In this document: positions 25,563 through 32,802 of the stretch, one piece after another | Layout: every line of letters starts with the position of its first letter | How positions within the stretch are numbered: the first letter of the stretch is position 1 | Source of the DNA: an uncultured Clostridia bacterium | GTDB taxonomy: Bacteria; Bacillota; Clostridia; Acetivibrionales; CALMWN01 | Assembly (NCBI GenBank): GCA_937873555.1 | Contig: CALMWN010000564.1 | Coordinates: forward strand, 1 to 32,802 | Direction of reading: 5' to 3' | DNA: 32,802 bases | Program-made: the position numbers and the translations under genes | Notes under the pieces: generated by a model | What the model was told of the DNA's origin: nothing | The model's database searches: none | What the model saw: the letters and a program-made list of their open reading frames with translations, nothing else

Positions 25563-25850
25563 ATGAACAGGGTTGATAAATTTAAAAGGGCAAGGAGTAT
25601 TAGGAAAAGGTACATGCTGTCAGTTGCTTTATTTTTTCTTGTAATGGTGACAGGAGTGATAATCACGGACTATTCTCTGAACAGCCTTCTTAAGGATGAA
25701 AAGGGCTTGAACATAATACAGGTAAAAAGCGTTGATAATATCCTGGAAGTGTGGTTTATGAACAATAGATTCTATATAAATACCAAATATATCGCAAGAG
25801 ACTACCGGAACTTTAAAAACTATATTTCTGATTTTTTTCATTTCCAATAG
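25563..25850 (+). CDS. Small membrane protein in the yqxA position
   Basis: It has SD GGTGAGGA and a basic N-terminus followed by a TM segment (YMLSVALFFLVMVTGVIITDY). Its location between spoIIP and lepA matches B. subtilis yqxA. Homology was not verified. Confidence 0.6.
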   Translation: MNRVDKFKRARSIRKRYMLSVALFFLVMVTGVIITDYSLNSLLKDEKGLNIIQVKSVDNILEVWFMNNRFYINTKYIARDYRNFKNYISDFFHFQ

Positions 25851-25969
25851 AAATAGGGTTTAACAAAAATTTCTGTTTTTTGGTATAAAGCAGCGACATA
25901 CCTGTAATACCCTGTCTCATGCAGTATGGAAGGCCTTTCAAAAATCACCTGTTCACAAAATACCTGTTA

Positions 25970-25978
25970 TGCTATAAT
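25970..25978 (+). promoter_or_regulatory. Extended -10 promoter candidate for lepA
   Basis: TGcTATAAT lies at 25970-25978. TTCACA lies 15 nt upstream. Confidence 0.45.
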
Positions 25979-26040
25979 ATTATGCAAAAACATGTTTGCT
26001 GTTATAAATCACGCTATACGGAGTATCGGAGGAAATATTA

Positions 26041-27852
26041 ATGTCGAGTGAAAGACAAAAGAAAATACGGAATTTCTGCATAATCGCACACATAGACCAT
26101 GGAAAATCCACCCTTGCAGACAGGATGCTCGAGATGACCGGAGTGCTTACGGAACGGGAGATGGAAGACCAGGTGCTCGATAATATGGAAATAGAACGCG
26201 AACGCGGCATAACCATAAAAGCTCAGGCGGTCAGAATGATTTACCGGGCCAATGATGGTGAAGAGTATGTTTTTAATCTCATAGATACTCCCGGGCATGT
26301 CGACTTCAACTATGAGGTATCAAGAAGTCTTGCAGCATGTGAGGGTGCCATACTGGTTGTCGACGCGGCACAGGGTATAGAAGCACAGACTCTTGCAAAC
26401 GTGTACCTTGCGATGGAGCATGATCTTGAAGTCATGCCGGTGATAAACAAGATCGATTTGCCGAGTGCCCAGCCGGAGCATGTGAAGAAGGAGATTGAAG
26501 ACGTTATCGGGATAGATGCTTCAGATGCACCTCTCATATCCGCCAAAAACGGAATGAATATAAATGACGTTCTGGAAAATGTGGTTTTGAAGATTCCGTG
26601 TCCGGAGGGAGATGAAAACGCACCCTTACGTGCGTTGATATTTGACTCTTATTATGACAGCTACAAAGGAGTCATAGTATTTGTCAGGATTAAAGAAGGC
26701 AGCGTCAGGACAGGGGATTCCATAAAAATGATGTATACCGGCAAGGAATTCATAGTAACCGAAGTCGGATATTTCCGGCCGGGCTCACTGACGGCCTGCG
26801 GCGAGCTGCTTGCCGGTGAGGTGGGATATGTTGCCGCCAGCATAAAAAATGTAAAGGATACAAGAGTCGGAGATACCGTTACTTTGACGGAAAATCCGGC
26901 AAAAACACCTCTTCCGGGATATAAGAAGGTCAATTCCATGGTGTTCTGCGGAATCTATCCGGCAGATGGTGCGAAATATGGTGATCTGAGAGACGCATTG
27001 GAAAAGCTCCAATTGAATGATGCCTCATTATCTTTTGAACCTGAATCCTCGGTAGCCCTTGGATTCGGTTTCAGGTGCGGATTTCTCGGATTGCTCCACA
27101 TGGAAATAATACAGGAAAGGCTTGAGAGGGAATACAATCTTGACCTTGTCACTACTGCACCAAGTGTTATATACAAGATAATAAAAACCGATGGGGAGGT
27201 CCTGCACATCGACAATCCTACCAATATGCCTCCCGCAGCTGAAGTAGAGGCTATGGAAGAGCCAATAGTCAAGGCCACTATCATGCTCCCGACGGAATAC
27301 GTCGGAAATGTTATGGAGCTTTGCCAGGAAAGACGCGGGATATACAAGGATATGAAATATATTGATGAGGGACGGGTGATACTTACCTATGAGATGCCCT
27401 TGAATGAAATCATTTACGATTTCTTTGACGCATTGAAATCAAGATCCAAAGGGTATGCCTCTCTTGATTATGAACTGTTGGGTTACATGAAATCCGAACT
27501 TGTAAAGCTGGATATCCTTCTGAATGGTGACGTTGTGGATGCACTTTCGTTTATAGTCCATGAAGAAAAGGCATACACAAGAGGGAGAAGAATAGCTGAG
27601 AAGCTGAAGGATTCAATACCGAGGCAGCAGTTTGAAATACCCATCCAGGCATGCATAGGTGGTAAGATTATTGCAAGAGAAACGGTAAAGGCATACAGGA
27701 AGGATGTTCTGGCAAAGTGTTACGGTGGGGATATTACACGTAAGAAAAAACTTCTTGAAAAACAAAAAGAAGGTAAAAGGAGAATGCGCCAAGTAGGAAG
27801 TGTGGAGGTTCCGCAGGAAGCCTTCATGAGCGTGTTGAAACTGGACACGTAG
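26041..27852 (+). CDS. lepA: Translation elongation factor 4 (LepA)
   Basis: The G-domain motifs are [25 protein letters not shown] and NKID. The LepA-specific C-terminus is [21 protein letters not shown]. Confidence 0.97.
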   Translation: MSSERQKKIRNFCIIAHIDHGKSTLADRMLEMTGVLTEREMEDQVLDNMEIERERGITIKAQAVRMIYRANDGEEYVFNLIDTPGHVDFNYEVSRSLAACEGAILVVDAAQGIEAQTLANVYLAMEHDLEVMPVINKIDLPSAQPEHVKKEIEDVIGIDASDAPLISAKNGMNINDVLENVVLKIPCPEGDENAPLRALIFDSYYDSYKGVIVFVRIKEGSVRTGDSIKMMYTGKEFIVTEVGYFRPGSLTACGELLAGEVGYVAASIKNVKDTRVGDTVTLTENPAKTPLPGYKKVNSMVFCGIYPADGAKYGDLRDALEKLQLNDASLSFEPESSVALGFGFRCGFLGLLHMEIIQERLEREYNLDLVTTAPSVIYKIIKTDGEVLHIDNPTNMPPAAEVEAMEEPIVKATIMLPTEYVGNVMELCQERRGIYKDMKYIDEGRVILTYEMPLNEIIYDFFDALKSRSKGYASLDYELLGYMKSELVKLDILLNGDVVDALSFIVHEEKAYTRGRRIAEKLKDSIPRQQFEIPIQACIGGKIIARETVKAYRKDVLAKCYGGDITRKKKLLEKQKEGKRRMRQVGSVEVPQEAFMSVLKLDT

Positions 27853-27876
27853 TCTTTATACGAAAGGGTTACAGCA

Positions 27877-28677
27877 ATGTATGATACACATATTCATTCG
27901 ACATTTTCACATGATGGGATATCAAAGCTCGAAGAGTATAAAAATGTTATAGATAAAGGAATTGTAAAGGGAATAGGCTTTACGGAGCACAGGGACTTCA
28001 TGCCGGGCTGCGGTGGGTACGGTACATTTCAATACCAGTCCTATGCAGCAGCCATAAAAGCATTCAGGGAAAATGGGTATGAGTTCCATTCCGGAGCCGA
28101 GATAGACTATGCAAAGCAGGTTGAGGAGGAAATATTTGCAGCCCTTGCAAGGGAGTCATATGAATATATAATATGTTCCGTCCATACTATTGACGGTGTT
28201 TCACTATCCGTAAAAGGTGCGATGGAAGGCTTCAACGGCCTGGAAGGATCAGCCGCAGTACTGGACAGGTATTATTCTGAAGTGAACCACAGCCTCAGGG
28301 TTGAACAGTTTGATGTAATCGGACACATCGGCATATATAGAAGGTATCTGGAAAAGGACTACCTGGATAAAAGCAGTCTTTATGCCGGAATCGCCGAAAT
28401 GGAGAATGAGCTTGCGAAAGCCTGTGCTGTCTCAGATAAAATCATTGAAGTGAATTCATCAGGATTGTTTTCACAGTCGGAATCCCTTTATGCATCTGAA
28501 ACATTTTTAAGGACATATTTCATGCATGGGGGCAGAATGATCAGCCTTGGCAGCGACGCTCACCGTGCTGACGATGTTGCGAAGGGCTTTACAGGTGCAA
28601 TAAAAACTCTGCTGGAAATCGGATTTCAATATCTTTATCTTCCCTGGGACAGGGAAAATCCCATAAAAATTAATTAA
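27877..28677 (+). CDS. PHP-domain histidinol-phosphatase family protein (HisJ/HisK-like)
   Basis: MYDTHIHSTFSHDG, FTEH, EID, SVH, GHI and GSDAH form the metal-ligand pattern of PHP histidinol phosphatases. Confidence 0.8.
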   Translation: MYDTHIHSTFSHDGISKLEEYKNVIDKGIVKGIGFTEHRDFMPGCGGYGTFQYQSYAAAIKAFRENGYEFHSGAEIDYAKQVEEEIFAALARESYEYIICSVHTIDGVSLSVKGAMEGFNGLEGSAAVLDRYYSEVNHSLRVEQFDVIGHIGIYRRYLEKDYLDKSSLYAGIAEMENELAKACAVSDKIIEVNSSGLFSQSESLYASETFLRTYFMHGGRMISLGSDAHRADDVAKGFTGAIKTLLEIGFQYLYLPWDRENPIKIN

Positions 28678-28692
28678 ATGAGGGGGCCAGCG

Positions 28693-29835
28693 ATGGAAGG
28701 CAGGACAGAAATTGGCCTTTATATACATATCCCCTTCTGCAAGGCTAAATGTTTTTACTGCGATTTTAACTCTTTTGCAGGGGCTGAAGATCTTGTGCCC
28801 TCATATTTCCATGCGCTGAAAAATGAGGCGGCCCTCTACGGTGGGGATCTTGCGGACTGCACTGTAAAAACCGTATATATTGGCGGGGGGACCCCTTCTT
28901 TTGTTGATACAAGATATTTATATGAAATATTGAATACATGCAGACAATGCTTCAACATAGGGAAAAATGCAGAAATCAGCATTGAGACCAACCCCGGTAC
29001 ACTGACCTATGAAAAGCTGATGGCCTATAAGTCCATGGGCATAAACAGACTTAGCATCGGATTACAGGCATATCAGGACAGTCTCCTTAGGAAGCTCGGA
29101 AGAATACATGACTTCCATCAGTTTCTTGAGAACTACAACCAGGCAGTCAGAACCGGATTCAAAAACATCAATATCGACCTCATATTCGGGCTACCGGGGC
29201 AAACATTGAGAGATTGGGCTCAAACGCTCCTGAATGTCATACAGCTGGGACCTGCCCATGTTTCCTGCTACAGCCTGAAAATTGAAGAAGGAACTCCCTT
29301 CGGGAAAAGTCTTGAAGATGGTGAATTGATACCTATCGAGGACGAACTTGACAGGGAGATGTATTATATGGCAATAGAGAAAATGGGAGCAGCGGGATTG
29401 AAACACTATGAGATCTCCAATTTTGCCAGGCCGGGATATCAGTGCAGACATAATCTTATATACTGGAAAGCCGAAGAATATTTAGGGCTTGGGGCAGGGG
29501 CTCATTCATACCTGTTTGGAGAAAGGTACAACAATGTTTATGGTCTTGACGGGTATATAAAAAATTCCCGCAACAAAGACAGTCTGAAGGAAAATGTCCA
29601 GATAATCGGAAAGGCTGAAAGCATGGCGGAATACATGATACTTGGCTTGAGACTGACGGATGGTATACATGCCGGGGAGTTCAAGTCAAGGTATGGCGAG
29701 GATTTGTATGAGATTTACCATGAAAAAATACACAAACTTTTGAGAAAAAATCTGCTTGTTATGGAGAAGGACGGAATAAAGCTGTCGTCTTCAGGTATGG
29801 ACCTTGCAAACACTGTTTTCATGGAATTCATATAA
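28693..29835 (+). CDS. hemW: Radical SAM heme chaperone HemW (HemN-like)
   Basis: The motifs are LYIHIPFCKAKCFYCDF, GGGTPS and a HemN_C-like tail. ATG 28693 follows GAGGGGG. An alternative ATG at 28678 directly abuts the upstream TAA. Confidence 0.9.
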   Translation: MEGRTEIGLYIHIPFCKAKCFYCDFNSFAGAEDLVPSYFHALKNEAALYGGDLADCTVKTVYIGGGTPSFVDTRYLYEILNTCRQCFNIGKNAEISIETNPGTLTYEKLMAYKSMGINRLSIGLQAYQDSLLRKLGRIHDFHQFLENYNQAVRTGFKNINIDLIFGLPGQTLRDWAQTLLNVIQLGPAHVSCYSLKIEEGTPFGKSLEDGELIPIEDELDREMYYMAIEKMGAAGLKHYEISNFARPGYQCRHNLIYWKAEEYLGLGAGAHSYLFGERYNNVYGLDGYIKNSRNKDSLKENVQIIGKAESMAEYMILGLRLTDGIHAGEFKSRYGEDLYEIYHEKIHKLLRKNLLVMEKDGIKLSSSGMDLANTVFMEFI

Positions 29836-29978
29836 ATTTGCTGACGTAAGATGTTTCAGCCCGGCTCAACTCCCGGTTTGCCGCATGCGGCGGCTAGCTG
29901 CTTTTCCATTCCGGACCGACCCGTATTTCAGGTTGGAATAATTAATTCTTCCTGTACAAATAATATCACTAAAATATC

Positions 29979-30007
29979 TTGACAAAAAAAAAATACGGTG
30001 GTATTTT
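29979..30007 (+). promoter_or_regulatory. Sigma-A promoter of the hrcA-grpE-dnaK operon
   Basis: TTGACA at 29979-29984, a 17-nt spacer, then TGgTATTTT (extended -10, TATTTT at 30002-30007). Confidence 0.6.
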
Positions 30008-30017
30008 TAAAATAGAA

Positions 30018-30044
30018 TTAGCACTCGTTACTAATGAGTGCTAA
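30018..30044 (+). promoter_or_regulatory. CIRCE operator (HrcA binding site)
   Basis: TTAGCACTC-N9-GAGTGCTAA is a perfect match to the CIRCE consensus. It lies between the promoter and hrcA. Confidence 0.95.
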
Positions 30045-30060
30045 CAAAGGGGTGTAAAAG

Positions 30061-31113
30061 ATGTTTTTGGATGATAGGAAAAGGAGAATACTCCGGGCCA
30101 TTATCGACGATTACATCGATACTGCGGAGCCAATCGGTTCCAGGACCATTGCCAGAAAGCACGAACTGGGTCTCAGTTCTGCCACCATAAGGAATGAAAT
30201 GGCTGACCTGGAGGATATGGGTTATCTGGCGCAACCGCATACATCTGCAGGTAGAGTTCCTTCAGACAAGGGTTACAGGTTGTATGTCGATCAGCTGATG
30301 GAAATGAGGGATTTGACTGCAAATGAAGTTGAGAATATTAAAAAGGCCATGGAAATAAGAATCAATGAGTTGAGCCAGTTAATAAGGCAGACTTCAATTG
30401 TTATGTCACAAATTACAAAATATACTTCCATTGCAGTCACACCCAAAATGAACAAAAGTGTACTCAAGGCAGTCCAGGTAGTTCCGGTTGACCAGGGAAA
30501 GGCATTGGTTATTGTTGTCACCGATGCCGGTATCGTCAGAAACAGCCTGGTTAAGATATCAGATACTGTTTTGCCGGATTTTCTGATTAAAATATCCAAT
30601 ATCTTAAATGATAAATTGGCCGGTCTTACCATAGAACAAATCAATATGCCGTTAATAAAGGAAATTGAAAAGGAACTTGGGCAGTTCAAGGAAATTCTTA
30701 TGCCTATCCTGGATGCAGTTTGTGATTGTGCCAATCTGGTTGACAATCCGGAAGTTTATCTTGATGGAACAACCAATATTTTTAATTATCCTGAATTCAG
30801 GGATATCATGAGAGCAAAGGAATTCCTGAATGCCCTTGATACAAGGGATACTTTGTTCAGGATACTCCAAAAGGGTGAAGTCAGTCCGGGAATATCAATA
30901 CAGATAGGAGCCGAGAATGAACTTGAAGAAATAAAGGGCTGCAGCCTTATAACTGCAACATACAGCCTGGACAGCAAGGTCATAGGCAAAATCGGTGTCA
31001 TAGGGCCTACAAGAATGGAGTATTCGAGAGTTATATCATCAATTAATTATATAAGAAGGATGATCGATGAGGAGATACAAAAACTGATAGGTGAACACCT
31101 TGACGGAAGCTAG
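30061..31113 (+). CDS. hrcA: Heat-inducible transcription repressor HrcA
   Basis: MFLDDRKRRILRAIIDDYIDTAEPIGSRTIARKHELGLSSATIRNEMADLEDMGYL is a canonical HrcA N-terminus. Confidence 0.95.
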   Translation: MFLDDRKRRILRAIIDDYIDTAEPIGSRTIARKHELGLSSATIRNEMADLEDMGYLAQPHTSAGRVPSDKGYRLYVDQLMEMRDLTANEVENIKKAMEIRINELSQLIRQTSIVMSQITKYTSIAVTPKMNKSVLKAVQVVPVDQGKALVIVVTDAGIVRNSLVKISDTVLPDFLIKISNILNDKLAGLTIEQINMPLIKEIEKELGQFKEILMPILDAVCDCANLVDNPEVYLDGTTNIFNYPEFRDIMRAKEFLNALDTRDTLFRILQKGEVSPGISIQIGAENELEEIKGCSLITATYSLDSKVIGKIGVIGPTRMEYSRVISSINYIRRMIDEEIQKLIGEHLDGS

Positions 31114-31163
31114 TGCTTTTTAACATTACAAATTTATAGTTTTTGAAAAATGTTAAAAAGCAC
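31113..31163 (+). repeat. 15-bp perfect inverted repeat (hairpin) starting at the hrcA stop codon
   Basis: GTGCTTTTTAACATT (31113-31127) pairs with AATGTTAAAAAGCAC (31149-31163), with a 21-nt loop. A third partial copy, GTGCTTTTTAA, lies at 31227-31237. Confidence 0.7.
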
Positions 31164-31185
31164 ATCCGATTAAACTTGCCGAAAG

Positions 31186-31213
31186 CATAATTTATTTCTA
31201 GAAATAAATTATG
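31186..31213 (+). repeat. 28-bp perfect palindrome in the hrcA-grpE spacer
   Basis: CATAATTTATTTCTAGAAATAAATTATG is exactly self-complementary. Confidence 0.7.
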
Positions 31214-31288
31214 TGAAATGGCAATAGTGCTTTTTAAAATATCACATTGGGTATAATCATACTTACAGGGAGGACAAACGAAATCAGC

Positions 31289-31900
31289 ATGAAAAAGGAT
31301 AAAAACACGCACGAAAAGCATGAACAGCCCATTAAGCCGGAACCTGAAACAGAAAGGGAACAGAACATCAGGAACGGATATGTCGATAGAGACATGTCAA
31401 ATGAGGAAGAAAGCCCAAAAGTTGAAGAGTCTATTGGTGATGAACTGGAAGAAATAAGGAGCAGGCTTGGTGATAAAACCAGGCAATGTGACGAATATTA
31501 CGGTATGCTCCAAAGAATTGCAGCAGAGTTTGACAATTACAAGAAGCGTACTGCCAAGGAAAAGGAAACCATATACTCCGATGCGGTAGCTGATGTTGCT
31601 GCTGCTTTTTTGCCCGTAGTAGACAATTTTGAGAGGGCACTGCAGGTACAAAGCAATGACAACCGGTCTTTAAAGGAAGGTATTGAACTCGTCTTCAGAC
31701 AACTTCAGGATGTTCTCAGGAAGCTGGAAATTGAAGAAATAAAAGGTGTCGGAGAAAAGTTCGATCCCCAGTTACATAACGCGGTTATGCATGTGACTGA
31801 TGAGGCCTATGGTGAAGGTATTATAATAGAAGAATTCCAGAAGGGATATGTGCTGAAGGATAAAGTGATAAGGCACAGCCTTGTCAAGGTGGCGAACTAG
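31289..31900 (+). CDS. grpE: Nucleotide exchange factor GrpE
   Basis: An acidic N-terminus is followed by LQRIAAEFDNYKKRTAKE...FLPVVDNFERAL...GEKFDPQLHNAV. The start is set at ATG 31289. The track TTG at 31247 overlaps a TATAAT-like box and has no SD. The nearest SD (GGGAGGA) is 14 nt upstream, so the start is somewhat uncertain. Confidence 0.88.
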   Translation: MKKDKNTHEKHEQPIKPEPETEREQNIRNGYVDRDMSNEEESPKVEESIGDELEEIRSRLGDKTRQCDEYYGMLQRIAAEFDNYKKRTAKEKETIYSDAVADVAAAFLPVVDNFERALQVQSNDNRSLKEGIELVFRQLQDVLRKLEIEEIKGVGEKFDPQLHNAVMHVTDEAYGEGIIIEEFQKGYVLKDKVIRHSLVKVAN

Positions 31901-31965
31901 ACCACCAGGATGTGAAGTATAATTTGGTTTGCAGTGCTGTAAGGGTTTGAATAAAAATACATTAA

Positions 31966-32802
<837 letters not shown>

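Noticed and set aside
29855-29935. GC-rich tract after hemW containing the 12-nt palindrome GCCGCATGCGGC; considered as a terminator or sRNA
   Set aside because: Only short stems (4-6 bp) can form, and the T-run is displaced. I cannot support a specific feature. It may be a weak hemW terminator.
31247-31288. TTG 31247 as the grpE start (track ORF)
   Set aside because: It adds a hydrophobic, non-GrpE-like MGIIILTGRTNEIS and overlaps a TATAAT-like box. ATG 31289 begins the usual acidic or charged GrpE N-terminus.

Overview
This is a chromosomal window from a low-GC, spore-forming Firmicute. It looks Clostridia-like, but I cannot assign a species from the sequence alone. Nearly all genes are on the + strand. 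They fall into three blocks whose order parallels Bacillus subtilis: (i) rpsU-yqeY; (ii) recJ-apt-relA-dtd-MBL hydrolase-(hemZ)-T-box-hisS-aspS; (iii) spoIIP-yqxA-like-lepA-(PHP phosphatase)-hemW-CIRCE-hrcA-grpE-dnaK. Less universal content lies between and beside these blocks. It comprises the promoter-proximal end of an insertion sequence at the left edge, a HelD plus SWIM-SNF2 helicase pair, signal peptidase I, and a TetR regulator with a perfect operator. The TetR gene sits in front of a 1423-aa protein that fuses two activase-type ATPase domains to a dehydratase/DUF2229-like module. There is also a complete but untracked 52-codon membrane-protein gene on the - strand. No rRNA, tRNA or CRISPR array is present, and I see no recognisable defence island. 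The observations most worth follow-up are listed here. First, the TetR-controlled single-chain activase-dehydratase has no known substrate. Second, hemZ is reduced to about 0.5 kb of frame-shifted, internally deleted remnants. Third, a 123-nt nested-stem element lies directly upstream of the apt ribosome-binding site. Fourth, the hrcA-grpE spacer carries a three-arm alternative-pairing repeat plus a 28-bp perfect palindrome. Fifth, the small membrane-protein gene has its own promoter, SD and terminator. All coordinates, motifs and translations were read by eye from the sequence. Family names rest on recognised motifs, not on database searches.
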